Positions 51,226 to 64,000 of a stretch of DNA of 64,000 nt are shown here, in pieces. The notes under the pieces are model-generated. The model did no database searches and was not told the origin of the DNA. It saw only the letters and a list, made by a program, of their open reading frames with translations. The translations under genes and the position numbers were made by a program. The stretch comes from Sphyrna mokarran (taxonomy: Eukaryota): contig JAGIQG010000002.1 of assembly GCA_024679065.1 (NCBI GenBank), forward strand, positions 98,146,001 to 98,210,000, written 5' to 3'. How positions within the stretch are numbered: the first letter of the stretch is position 1; each line of letters starts with the position of its first letter.

Positions 51226-51624
51226 TTCTCAAAACTACTGTATTTGATTAATTCATTTGTGTGATATGGGCATTCCTGGCTGGCCAGCATTCATTATTAA
51301 TCCCTAATTGTCCTTGAGAAGGTGCCTTCTTGCATTTGATACAACTGAGTGACTTGTTAGTTCTTTTAAAAAAAGTACAATAATATTTGGCCTAAGTTAA
51401 AACTGTTTAAAAGGTGCTTAAGATCTTTCTAACAGTAGAGGGCGAATATTTTGATTTCATCACTGTAAGCTGGATTTGAATTCATGTGCTGGATACAGAA
51501 CTTGAGTGGAAAAATAAATAAGTGATAGGCTCAAATGAAGTTTCAATGAAAACTACAGATCATGTTCTTCTCATGAAATGTAAGTTATTTTGGCTGATAC
51601 AAAGAAAACCAACAAAACACTTAC

Positions 51625-51765
51625 AGGAGATTCAATATCTTCTAGTAGGAGAACAGAACATCGTTCACACTGCAGCAGGGTCAGAGCTCGTTGCATGATC
51701 TTCCTAACAACCTTCTCCAGCTCTGTTTGCTCTTCAAACAAGTCATTGACAACCTCAAGCAATGC
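51625..51765 (-). CDS. pde11a: PDE11A coding exon (141 bp), start of GAF-B: ALLEVVNDLFEEQTELEKVVRKIMQRALTLLQCERCSVLLLEDIESP
   Basis: ttcag|GCA TTG...TCT CCT|gtaagt, phase 0-0; visible in ORF 51571..51762; near-identical to recalled human PDE11A. Confidence 0.97.
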
Positions 51766-52489
51766 CTGAAACCATCATGGATATGATTAATGGACACCAG
51801 CACACAAAACGTGACATACAGCTTGATTTTGAAATCAACACAATACACAGTAACCAAATGTACAGCATCTACAGGACCTGGGCTAGGGAAGATATCAGGG
51901 TTCCCATTCCATTTTAAAGGGGAGTAACTGGCCTCATTAGTTTGACTTGTGCAATTTAACACAGTTAGGATAAACTAAGACATTTTCACTCATATATTGC
52001 CTTATCTTGTTCAAACTTGCTACAATGGACAATTATTTTCCAAGTGCACTGCATATTATATAATGCAAGTGCAAAAGGTATTCTGTATCAGCAATGCCTC
52101 ACAAACAACAATAAGATGAATAACATGTTAATCTGTCTTTGGTGGCAAATTGAGGGGTGCATATTGAACAGACGACAGAGATACCTTCCTATTTTTCATT
52201 GGGGGGAGGCGGCGGCGCCTTGATTTAACATCTTATCTCAAGGATAATGCTTCTACCAATGAGCATCTCCTTAACACCACACTTGAGTGTCAGTATTGAT
52301 TACAGGCTGACAACTTTAGTAAGCTTTGGAGGGATCACTGTTAATTTTCAACAATTAGAACTATTGCCTATCATGAGCTTAAACTGGAAAACAAATATGA
52401 AACTGTGCTGTTAAAGCATGAAATAATGATCTGCTTCATCCCTCATTCCAATCCTAAAGTAAGATAATAAGCCTCTGTCACTGCAATAG

Positions 52490-52760
52490 AAACACAGAAT
52501 CACTACAGTGCAGAAGGAGGCCATGCAGCTCATCAAATCCACACCAAAAATAATTCCATCCAGGTCCTGTCCCCAAAACCCCACATATTTATTCTGCTAA
52601 TCTCCCTAAGCATGACCAATCAACCTACCCTGCACACTTCTGGACCATGGGAGGAAATTGGGGCACCTGAAGGAAACCTATGTCGACACAGGGTGAATGC
52701 ACAAATTCCAAACAAACAGTCACCCAAGGGTGGGATTAAACCAAGGTCCATGCCACCCCG
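52490..52760 (-). mobile_element. V-SINE (HE1-like), decayed
   Basis: Colinear with 26219-26515. Confidence 0.75.
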
Positions 52761-53085
52761 CAAAATATTCATTTATTTGTACTCTAAAACAAGCTTTGCT
52801 AATCCAATACTTTAGCCCCAAATATCTGAAAAGCAAGGTTTTCAAAACATCCCACAGAAAAATTTGACATTAAGCAAAAATGTAGAATGAGAAAAACCAA
52901 TTCAATCTCTCATTTCACATCTTTTGCTTTTCATTTGCACCCACTTCAACATGAATCAAAATTTGGAGAAATGTATAGTAGGCAGCTGAATCAATACTAT
53001 CCATTTCATGTTGACACTCAAAATCATAATTAATCCCTCAGCATTTTAGTTCAAACTATGGACCACACTGCTCAAGAACACATAC

Positions 53086-53175
53086 CCTGCTTCTGTCATA
53101 TTCCTTACGGGATGCTGCAAAGAGTTTGGCATTTGCAATGGATATTCCACAGAATGGTAGGTACATCTGCAGTAC
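53086..53175 (-). CDS. pde11a: PDE11A coding exon (90 bp), GAF-A/GAF-B linker: VLQMYLPFCGISIANAKLFAASRKEYDRSR
   Basis: Reverse complement ttctgtttcttccag|GTA CTG CAG ATG...AGC AGG|gtatgt, phase 0-0; matches recalled human PDE11A VMQMYLPFCGIAISNAQLFAASRKEYERSR. Confidence 0.95.
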
Positions 53176-53969
53176 CTGGAAGAAACAGAAAGAGTAATGT
53201 ATAACTACATTCTATCAGAAATCTGGGCAGGTATCCAGTAATATTAATGTTTGGAAGATCATAAGGAGCATGCAATTGAATTTTCAACATATGCTCCTGC
53301 CAGTCAAAGCTGTGCAGTGGGAGAACACTTCGATAGCATTACCTTTACAGTATCGTCTTTATAATTAAAAGAAATTTCTCAAAGTTGATACACCTCAGAG
53401 ATCACTCAGTAAAAATCACATCTCTTAAAACCACGGTACATTCTGAAGAAAAAAAATAAATTGTGATTGCTTTAACTTAACTCTCTTTTTAAAAATGATA
53501 AGCTCAAATAGCTCATCGACTAAATATAAAGCAATTAAAAAGCATTTGCTGAACCAATAAGTAAATGTTTAGTCTGTATTAACACCTACCAGGAAACAAT
53601 TCAAATAAATCAATAAAAGATCTTTGTACAATCATAATGCTTTTTTTTGTGCACATTTTGTCACCATTTGCTTTTTCTACATATAGCTAAACATAACACT
53701 TCGAACATACCAGCATTTAAAAAGTTATACAGTTCTAAAAATCAGTAAAGCAGTCCACTGAATTACTCCATTAATGCTGGATATGCCTGAAAGAAGTTTC
53801 TCCTTTGCATGCCTTTCTCTTTGACAGAGCTAGGGATCAGGGGCTGTGATAAGCTTCAATTCCAGAGTTGCAAACATCACCTGCGTTATGGTAACTGGGG
53901 AATTCCAGTTTCTGTCGGCAACCCCTCTAAGAATATGGCAGGTCCATTGTGGAATTTGACAGAAATAGA

Positions 53970-54365
53970 GAAGTTGCACTTATGAAGTACCTTTCACATC
54001 CTCAAGATCTCCCAATGCATGTCCAATTAACTACTTTTGAAATGCCAGTATTTTATAAGCAATTGCAGCAGCCAATTAAACATACCAACATTCCACAACA
54101 AATAATGAACAAATGAGAAGTACTGGTAGTGACAGCTAAGAAATGAATATTCACCAGAACTTCCTGCTCTTCTTTGAATAGTTCCAGGGGATCCTTACAT
54201 TTATCTGAAAGGATCTTAATTTGACTACACGTCCAAAATATAGCACTTTTGAAAAAGCACTGCCTCACTGAAAACTGAATTGCATGCTGAATCCATGGAG
54301 GAGTTGTAACTTAAACCTACAATCTTCTGGTCCAGAATGAAAAGTACTATCAATGAATCAAGCTG
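53970..54365 (-). mobile_element. Deu-domain SINE (SacSINE1/AmnSINE1-like)
   Basis: gaacttcctgctcttctttgaatagttccaggggatccttacatttatctg matches the reverse complement of the recalled Deu core. Confidence 0.65.
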
Positions 54366-54990
54366 CAATGTGGCCCCGACTGAGGAACGGTAATAATCAA
54401 ACTGTACTGTCCCCATCTGTGTGATTTGGCTACCAGGAAGAAAATCTACTAACAGCAATAGAGTATTTTACACTCTTAAAGTAAAAATTCTGAGCTCACA
54501 GTTTTTGGAATGAGGTTTTTGGTTTCGCTGAATGGAGAGTTGAACATTGCGCCCGAGTTAGAGGAAACCATTTCAGAGGATTTTGTTGTAAAATTTGTAC
54601 ACATCTGTCAGTCTATTAGAGCTCCAGTCATCCAAATAGCCAACTACTCAACATGCTGGTCATTGAATGACAGCATCAGTAAAATCAATCAGGCATTGAG
54701 GGAAACATGGAAAGGAAGAAAAAGTTTGGCAGCATCTGTAGTGAGAAACAGAGTTGATGTTTCATGTCCTTATGACTTTTCTGAAGGATACATTCATATG
54801 TATTAAAAAATTAATGAAAAAATGGTGAGTTTTGAAGAGGAAGTGTAAGAAACCCAGCATTTTGCAGAAGATATCCCTTTAACTCAATCTGAAACTGCAA
54901 AAAATGAAATGTGTAATTGGACTTCCAGGTTGTGAAGTCATTTCTAAAAATCAGCCCTGTGAATTGATCTTGCTCTGGGGATGAAAATAC

Positions 54991-55090
54991 ATGATATACA
55001 GATGCCGGCGTTGGATTGGGGTGGTAAGAACTCAGTAAGAATTCAGCAACACCAATTTATAATCCAACCGATTTATTTGATAGTAAAAAA
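54991..55090 (-). mobile_element. Penelope-type pseudo-LTR tail fragment
   Basis: gatgccggcgttggattggggt...caacacca...tttatttgatagta matches 210-300 and 60572-60660. Confidence 0.7.
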
Positions 55091-55587
55091 TACATAACCA
55101 GAAAAGGCAAATAAAAGCTAACTAGGGGTATGGTGCTGCAGGAGAACAGACATAGATAGCCAGATGAAGAAGCCAGAAAGTTGAAAAGTTCTCCAAGCAT
55201 AGAACAGCTCACACAGACTGTGAAATAAAACTTAAGAGCATGAAGGTGGATTTTCCCGCTGAACGAAAACAGGATAGTGACTGTGAAGTTGTGGATGTAA
55301 GGCAACTTAAGTGAGAAATTGTGACACAGCTGATAAAGGAGACCAAAATGACCTGATTCCATCAGTTGGATCCATGCTTGCTTCCGGAAAGGTAAAATAT
55401 GGAGATGATGAAGTTGTGATTAGATGGGATACCTGACCAAATCTTTGTGAACAAAATAAGTGAAACCTCCCTGAAGAAAAGAATACCAAGCTATATTGTT
55501 CAGGTGATGGAACAACTGAAGACATTTTTAAGACTTATTGTTGTTGTCTCAACTATTTATAATGAACTTCACTGTTTGCATCAAAAT

Positions 55588-56692
55588 AGGCAAAATTCTC
55601 CCAAAAAATTTTAAGTGTCGAATTGGTGTGAAAACTGAAGTAAAACACGCTATTTTTTCAGTGGGAGTTCAGAGAATAATCTTCCACACACTGTGCACTA
55701 CTGAGTGCACCAGCATGATTCACTCCAGAAATCAGAGGGCACTGCCTATTTCCACTGGAAACCAGCAGGCACTAAGCAGGCAATAGCACATGCATTGATC
55801 ACAGCACTCACAAATCAGCGCATATAAACCCTGTTTGCCAGCCTTCCAATTGCTTGCCAGCTCTGTCTTGCAATCCCACAAAGCCAGGTCTCTAACCACC
55901 TCCTACAGTCCAACTGCTAGTCCTCCCATGGATGCCCAGGCCAGTGTCAACCTCTGTTGCAGCTCCAATTTCCCAACGCTAATCCTCCCTCCCATGGGCA
56001 GTCCTGATCCCTCTCCTGCTGCTCTGACTTCCCACTGTATTCCTGACCCCTTCCAGTGGGCTACCCCCCACCCCCCTAGACTCCAATGCCCAACCCTGAT
56101 TGCTGGCCTCCCTCCCTCTGTTCGATGCCAAAATGCAATGGCAGTGGGACCCCCCCTCCCCCCACCAATCCCCACACATCAATCCCATCACTTCATCAAG
56201 TCCCACGCCTATTAGGCCCCACCTCCTTGGCACTGCCCCATGTCTCTTGGGCAGTGCCAGAGGGCACAGGCTGGAACTGCCAGGGTGCCATTGCCCAGGG
56301 AGCATCATTTCCGCCCCCTCTAATGAGCTAACTCTCTGGGTGTCCCTGACTGTCCCCCTTCACTCCAGCAGGGTCAGGCGATTAACTCATAGAAAGTGGG
56401 GAGCTACTGTAAACCCCATTGCAGTAAACCACTCTGGTACAGGAGTGGCGGTGATGGGGTGTTAGAAGCCCTGGAGACTTCAATCCCAGACCCACTAATT
56501 ATACTTAAAATATATGTAAATGGTTATTTAAATAATTTATGTGGCTCCATGCTGATTTCCAATGTGGCGCTGATACTGGTGGAAATCTGGCGCTGGGAGA
56601 TGCTATTGCGGCAGAATGCCCAATACAGATTCCATGGAATCTCCCAATTTGCTGCGCTAACTTCTTAACGCAGTGGGATGGGAGAATTGCCC
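55588..56692. mobile_element. ~1.1-kb non-autonomous DNA element with Harbinger-like TIRs
   Basis: GGCAAAATTCTCCCA...TGGGAGAATTGCCC termini; homologous to 22560-23800 and a fragment near 31900. Confidence 0.6.
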
Positions 56693-58078
56693 TCCATTTG
56701 TCTGTTAAGGCACGCTGAATTTGATATTGATTTTTGCTTTCATTGTTATCGCGAGAGTTTAAAAAATGAAATCTTCTTCAGTTGCTCCTTTCATTGGGGT
56801 CATTTGGGATTCCTATCTTTTCAGGTTATTGGTCTCTACGGGAATCATAATATAAAGGATAAAGGCAGATTCAATAAATAAGTTGTGTTAAATGTAAACA
56901 AATACTGGAAATCCATTACATAGAACAGGATTAATGCAAAATTATAATGCAAATAACTGAGATCAAAAGAAGTTTGGAAAGGAAGCAAATTAAAAATGCA
57001 GGAACACGAGTTAGATTTTGACGCCCATAGTGAACAAATGGTATCAGCTATTCATCACACTTCACTTAACTTTAGACTTTCTTTAAGATTTTGCAATGGA
57101 CCTTGCTGTAATTTGACGTTCATTTAGCACACTGCCCTCTGTAGAAAATCTGGGATCTGTGTGAATAGGGTAAGCAACTGTACACTCCCTGAACCAATCA
57201 GATTGAAGAATTGCTAACCAAAAGTGGGAAAGTCCAAAACAGAAAACTGTTAGAACATTTAATTCAATGTAAAGAAAGTAAAACAGCTGGAAAGAAAGAC
57301 TAGAATAAGTGAGATAAAAGAGAGAAAGTGATTTTTAAATTTTTTAAATAAATCTCCAACAATAATCGAAATCTGATGGATTGAGATGCCACACTTATAA
57401 AAGGCAATTTCCAAGGCCAGTGGCTTTAATTAATACTTGTCAGACTATAAAAAATTCATTTATCCTTGAGTGAACAATCACCAACACTTTCTGATGTATT
57501 TAGCAAGTCGGTACCAAATTCAGGCCAAGATGTATTAAATGTTAAATCATTTTGCAAGATATTGCTGGAACAAGCTTTTTGAGGAGTGGGTCCACATGGA
57601 ATGCAACTTTCTTATTTCTGTATCTAATTGTGATGTGCAAACATAAGTAATTGCTGCTTGATTTTCACTTTAATAATGGGGTCACTGTTATTCCCATTGC
57701 AAAAGCCAGACAAATTTTACAAAAATAGGAAGTGATTATCAACTGGAGCACACTTCACACAAGCGGTGGGTAGGCCATATACATACCCCCTTAAAAAAAC
57801 ACAAAATATTTTAAGGATGGGCCTCATCTAAATAGTCTGATTCAATGAATGCCCATAGTTAATGCCTCACAAGGGAGCAGGAAAGACTGGGAATCCAACA
57901 GCACTTCCTGACTCCAGTCAAGTCAGAGAATAGGCCCAAAGATTAGATAGCCAATAAGTGGATGAAAGAAGGAATATTTTTGTGGTCTCAAAAAATCATT
58001 ACACAAAATCTTATGGGGTCATTTCCTTTATGAATTAGAACACGTATTGCCACACTCCACCCACTGACAAATAACATA

Positions 58079-58138
58079 GAACAATACAGCACAGAACAGG
58101 CCCTTCGGCCCTCGATGTTGTGCCGACGTTGTGCCTCG
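58079..58138 (-). mobile_element. 60-bp extremely 5'-truncated CR1 insertion
   Basis: Close match to reverse complement of 42543-42600; TSD ATAACATA at 58071-58078 and 58139-58146. Confidence 0.85.
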
Positions 58139-60342
58139 ATAACATACCTCTTTAGAGCTGGAGAGTCACCCACTTTGAGGCCTACCTAAAAATTACATTG
58201 AACTACCTGAGCAGCTGATAGATGAACCATTGGTTTTGTTTTCCAATTTTTAACTGCTGGCCATCCATTGACCAGTGTAACTGGTACACTGCTGTTAAAA
58301 TCATACCTATTATATCTGAAAAGACCTACAGCATTGTGTGTTAGTAAGCTTATGCAATATCCTATTTCTTATCCATCACATGGTTGTTGATTCAGTAAAT
58401 TTGCTACATTATACTTGTGGGGAAACTGTTTCATTAGGATTGCAACTGAACTGCTATAATTAATAGAAACTGCAGATCTCAATGTTTATATAAGTAATGC
58501 TATAGAAAATCTACTGGCTATTATTATAATACCTACAGTGCTGGAAAGACAAACTGAGAAATCTGAAGTAACACTTTGGTATACATTGCTTTTAATTTTG
58601 TACCATACCTATTTCATATCAGCTGTTACATTAAATAGAAGGTATCTTAAATGAAGTAAATGCCTACATATTATTATCCTGAGGCTCTGCTGGTTTAATC
58701 TGATTTATTATATATTTATGGATCTCCTAGGGTCATTCTTATGTTCTGCCAGAAATGTTTGAATTCACCATATTATTCCCCAGACTCACTTATATGTTTC
58801 AGCACTACTCTGCATGATGTTTCTACTGACATATTTGGAGCTCAGCCTTCAAAACTCAATTCTTAACACTTGTGACATGTGAATTTGTCATTTTTTTCAC
58901 TATCACCTTTCTTGCCACGAAGAAACAGGATATGGCAAGTATGATTTCATGCAGCAGGGTTTAATTTCAATATATGACATTTTGAAAATGTCATCTAAAA
59001 CCAGCAAAAATTGCTTCATGTAATCCTTTGCCTATTACATACAGATTACTACTGCATATTCTAATGAGTATTTAGACCCTTGGAAGGAGAAATGTCAAGA
59101 TGTCCCTTTGTATGTCATTGCACCAATTTAAATTGCAATAAAAGCTAGTAAACTGCAATTTATTTCAAAACACATAGAAGCTGCTGTTTCCAATATATAC
59201 CACAATGCAGTTATCAACTTCAAAATTCATTTACTGCTGCACTCATGTCTTTATCCAACCTGTCATACCTGTGCTGTATGCCTGCAAAGTGATAAGGAAA
59301 ATGGATAACTTTGCTTTTAAAAAGCAGCGTAGAATATGGACAATTTACCCTGGCAAGATGGACTCTGGGGAAGCGGCGGATGGAAAACCTTTTTGTGGCT
59401 TCTTTGCTGACAGGAATTGACTCATGTCTTGGCAAGTATTTGGAAAGCCATTAACATGTAAATAAACTTTTGAAGATATTCCATTGGAGACATCAACAGA
59501 TCACAAAAGGGGTTAACGGTTAGCGTTCTCTGCATTCTAGAGAAATTCGGATACAATAGTCATCAGATTTGCCTGCAAATTGAAAACTCACAAAAGTGGA
59601 TGTGAAAGAAATCACTTTTATCACAAGCAGGTTCAATGGACAACATTCATTCCCCATTGTATGGGCAATGGAAACCTCAATAATGTGATTGGTGACAGAA
59701 ACTAGCTTATGATGGGAAATATCTTATTAATTCATAACAACAGCCCAGAGCAGTCCGTCTAGAACGTAAATATTACAGAGGGAAACTATTTCATCCAGCA
59801 AAATAAAGGAAGCACATGGCCCAAAAAAATGTATCACAATCAAAGAAAGTGGAAATAATTTCTTTACCAGCAATTATACTTTTCACTACAAGGACTCAAT
59901 CACAACTTCAGCTTGAAAACTGGAAACCACTTGCTGCTTGGAATAAACTTTTGAGAGTTCATCAGCAGAAACCTCCAACCTCCATTTTTTAGTAAACTAA
60001 AAGAAAATTCAGACCACCCACATTTCCAACCACCATTCTGAAGAACTAAAGTAATAGTAATTTCACAGCCGAGTTGAAAAATGTGGATGCATGCTACCTT
60101 TCTTTTTATGTAATCATTTTTTCTTGTGTATATACCTTATGTGAATGAAGGATGGATGATGTATTCAGATTTTGGGTATTGAGGAAATAAATGTTTATTC
60201 TTTCTTTAAATTTAAACCTATAAGAAAGCTTGTCTTGTACCTGTTCTTGAAAGTCATAGCAGTCCTTTAAAACACATCTATAGTGTTTAGCTGAGATGTG
60301 GGAAAAGGGGGATACTATTCAATATCTTCCTCCTGTCTGAAC

Positions 60343-60946
60343 CGGGGTTCATGCCACATTATCTGTAACCCCCATGACTTGCCTGGACTTGCAAAATCTC
60401 ACTAACTGTCCTGCCTGGAGACAACACACATCTCTTTAACTTGTGTTTAATGCTCTCTCTACTTACATTGTCTGTACCTTTAAGACTTGATTAGCTGTAA
60501 AGACTTGCATTTCAATCATTATTCCATAAATTGAGTTTGTATCTTTATATGCCTTGTTTGTGAAAAGATCTGATGTAGAGATGCAGGTGTTGGATTGGGA
60601 TAAACACAGTAAGAAGGCTCACAACACCAGTTTAAAGTTCGACCAGTTTATTTGATAGTAATCTCAGGTCAGGTGGAAGGAACACCGTTTCACACACACA
60701 CACCTGACGAAGCAACACCGTTTCCAAAAGCTTATGAGATTACTATCAAATAAACTGGTTGCACTCTAACCTGCTGTTGTGAGACTTCTTACTATGTGAA
60801 AAGATCTCCCAGTCACCCGACAAAGCAACAGCAAGCACTCTGAAAGCTAGTGGTGTTTGCTACCAAATAAACCTGTTAGACTTTAACCTGGTATTGTAAG
60901 ACTTCTTACTGTGTTTACTTCAGTCCAACACCAGCATCTCCACATT
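60343..60946 (+). mobile_element. Penelope-like element 3' region/pseudo-LTR with degenerate hammerhead, interrupted by nested element
   Basis: Ends ...cagtccaacaccagcatctccacat; degenerate core cacccgacaa...gaaagctagtg at ~60814-60852. Confidence 0.7.
60572..60794. mobile_element. Fold-back pseudo-LTR mini-element nested in the Penelope-like element
   Basis: Inverted arms as in 210-411; 13-bp TSD TGTGAAAAGATCT at 60559-60571 and 60795-60807. Confidence 0.82.
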
Positions 60947-63075
60947 GTAACAAGCCATATCAGTACAAAGCTTCCCATATCTTTGGAAATCTGTGCTGAG
61001 TTAGCTAATCTCAAATGGACTGGTGGCTACGCTCCTGCAATTGGCTTCAGCATCCACCTCAAACGTTGGGAGGAGCACACATTCTACTCCTTACTGAAAC
61101 CTTGTGACTCAGTTTGGGAAATAGTTGTTGGAACATTGAGTGAGACAAAGATCAACCTCAACTGTGATGTACCTCTGCACACTCTCAATTTTTGATTAAG
61201 ATTTATAGCCACTTGAATCAAAGGCCTGAGAATGACAACCTCTTGGGAACTACACCTTAGAAATGATAGGCAGAGTAAACTTTGGCAAGGCAAAAATATT
61301 GAGCTGGAATTTGCTAAATAAAAAGGAACAATGCACATTATTATTAATGTACAAATTGTCCAGTCACTTGTTGCCCAAAACAGGCACCCAGTGAACTGTG
61401 AATCTCCATAGTTATTTGTGTCACAGTGATGGTTTGATGGCCATAGATGATTCATTGGGAAAGAGGTTCTGTTCGAGGTGAAAATGTCAGCAATGACCTG
61501 CTGTGAAAGGCCAAGGCTGCTGAGGCACAGTTGCTTACACATGTCAAGAGAGTTGGTCCTCTGTCTATGTATCTAAACTGGAGTATTGCATCCTTCAAGC
61601 TGCATCTCTGTGTCCATTCCCTCTGTACAGTGTAGCAGCATGTATCTGAGGAGAAGACAGCTGCTACTGTTGTTGTTGCCCCTTCTGTTGCTGCTACTGT
61701 CATTTTTGTTCCTCATTAGAGTTTAAAGTAGATTTTTCAGTGCTGTAGTGAGGATGCAGGGAATTGTAGATCAAAGTCAATAAAGTCAAAGACAGATGAA
61801 ATGACTTTCAAGGAATGGGAAATCACCTGTCAGGCAATGAAAGTGCACTTTCAAAAGAAGTGCTGTGGGCAGCAGCTTTTCATCTCAGCGGCACTGCAGC
61901 AATAAGTTATGCTGGAAGAAGCACTCCCTACTGTTCTCGCCTGGTTGACCCTGGTGAGTTCCACACTGCTCAGAAATCCATGCACTGCCTGGTGAAGCCA
62001 GAACTTTGAATTATAATCCAGAAGGGCTTCTCACTCGCCTGCAAAACCAGCCTGGATCAAATCATGCAGTGGCTACAATCACGTCAAGTTTCCAAAATAG
62101 TATTCGTGGCTATAACTCCCTTTTCCTATCTGCACTTGAATCCACCTCACCACTCTCCACACCCCCACCCCCCACCACCCTTTGTGGTTAAAATTATGCT
62201 CTTTATTTGTCTTTCTATTTTGGCATTGAATTCACCTACTCTAATTCACCTTCAATTTCAGTGTCTTTGTTATCTCGTAGTCTTGAATCTGGCTGTCAAG
62301 GAGATACATACTGTTGTTCTTCAAATTCCCAGATCTCATTGCCCTCACTGCACTGTTATCCACTCATGCTTCCAACTATTTACAAGGTGTAGGCAAGGTT
62401 TAACTAATGCCATCTTGTTCCATCAAATTCATAATGCTATTTGTGCACAAGGCCGTCTCTCTCTGAACGCTTGATGTCTCCTTACACTTATAAGTTAACC
62501 ATAAGGTTTTGTTGAACTGGATTTTGCAGCAAAGTCCTTTCACTACTCCACATTTACACTTGCCCACAGACCTCTGGTGAGCTGTAAATACTGTAGTAAT
62601 ATACAAGTAGTAATAATAAGAAATCCAAAACAGTGTGGTATCATCAGCAAAGATTCCCAACAAGACTAAAAGTGATGAACATTAATGTGAAAAAATTAAA
62701 TTTAATCTTTATTTCCAGCTCAATGATCAGCATCTGAAAGTTGCGATGAACCTCAGGCCTCCCATGTAGGTGCTGGCTGGGAGTGGGCCGCAGAAGCATG
62801 TTTTTCTATGTTGATCAGGCACATGCACGTGAGCCTAAGCAACCAATATAAAAAGTCAGAACTGCACATGCGTGGGCCTTTCCCAGATGACACGTGCAGG
62901 AGATCCCAGGTTCTTTAGGAATTAGAGATGCCGATTGTGGTACACAAAGGCCCTATGCGCCTGCACAAAAACACTAAAAGGGATAGGAGTGAGGGATACA
63001 GGGAGAGGTTGAAAAAAAAAGGAGAGAAGACAGGGAGAAGTTAAAAAAAAGTTCCCAGTCATAGAAGAAGACAGA

Positions 63076-64000
63076 GGGCTCAATTTTCCCATTAGGTTGC
63101 ATCCGTTTTCAGATGCAAAAACTTGGTAAAGTTGTGCATGAGGTGAATAGCACAATCCACACCCACGTCTGCGCCAGCCCAAAAATGGACGCGATCAGGA
63201 CGGTACCAAAAATAGGAATAATGCATTTAACTTAATATGCAAGACGCCCAAACTTACCTCTATTTCCCCCTTACCATCACATTCGCCCATCCAGAATTGG
63301 CACAAAACAGACATTCTCAGCAAAAGTCTGTTTCGAGCACTTCAGCATCTGATAAGGTAAGTTCAGAGCTTCCAGCGGCTCTCTGACTCAGATCGGTGGT
63401 TTGGGGGAGGCAGGGTGGAGGAGAGGGAGGCAAGCCAGATCATTCTCTGGTTGGGGATCTGGAAAGGAGGAGGGCCAGATGCATCTCTGGTGGGGGGTGG
63501 GAATGAGGGGATATGGCAGATCAGATCACTCTCTGGTAATGTTGGGGCGGAGGGGTGAGGAGGGAGGCATGTCAGGTGTATCCCTGAGGAGGGGGAGGGG
63601 AGGTGGAGGGAGACAGCCCAGACCATCATTCTATGACTGGGGGGAAGAGGGATGGAGGACATGTGGGATCATTCTCTGGTGGAGGAGAATGGGAGAAGGA
63701 GAAGCCAGAACATTCTTTGTGGGGGGGCAGGGGCAGTTGTCACTCTGCAAATGACTGGTGGGGCGGAGTGGGGGGGATGAGTGCGGCATAGGGTCATGAT
63801 CAGTCTAGGTAGTGGGCGGGGGTGGGTTACTAAGAGGGACAATTATGTTGTGGGAGTGGGGCAATGTCTGTGGGGGCCATCGCTCCCGAGCCACTTTATC
63901 TGCTTTTTCTGGCCCAGGAGTGATGTGGCAGAGGAGCCTTGTTGAAGGCTCCAATCGGAGCAGCAGCGTTTCAAGCACGATAAGCCCCATCTACAGCACA
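63076..64000. mobile_element. Probable non-autonomous DNA element with G-rich interior, running off the window
   Basis: Starts GGGCTCAATTTTCCC (TIR-like); sharp rise in GC and CpG. Confidence 0.4.

Noticed and set aside
59640-60340. Possible solo LTR (also 24200-24775 and 43112-43600)
   Set aside because: LTR-like composition, but I could not define both TG/CA termini and a TSD.
62270-62695. Traces of old LINE RT motifs (GIFADDTTL on minus strand)
   Set aside because: Too short and decayed to assign boundaries or family.
53176-64000. Preceding GAF-A exon (DRRF...DDEK)
   Set aside because: Not found by eye; probably outside the window.

Overview
Vertebrate genomic DNA, most likely a shark/elasmobranch judging from the repeat families. 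The window is the middle of a phosphodiesterase 11A gene (pde11a) on the minus strand. Eight GT-AG exons (90, 141, 65, 121, 76, 68, 93, 51 bp) splice in frame and encode the GAF-A/GAF-B linker, GAF-B and the linker towards the catalytic domain. The introns are mostly transposable elements: a near-intact full-length CR1 LINE (~38385-42600), many truncated CR1/L2 LINEs and tRNA-derived SINEs, a decayed Gypsy LTR element with three nested insertions, a Harbinger transposase relic with MITE-like elements, and Penelope-type pseudo-LTR units with minimal hammerhead-ribozyme cores. Top observations: (1) CR1 ORF1 ends on an in-phase T TTA AAC slippery heptamer followed by its stop and a G-quadruplex-capable tract, while ORF2 is open in the -1 frame with no usable AUG, suggesting -1 programmed ribosomal frameshifting; (2) two ~200-bp fold-back hammerhead elements have their own target-site duplications, one inserted beside another copy's hammerhead; (3) one pde11a acceptor lies 12 nt downstream of the mammalian position. 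All calls are by eye; family names rest on recalled consensus motifs, and repeat boundaries without a stated TSD are approximate.
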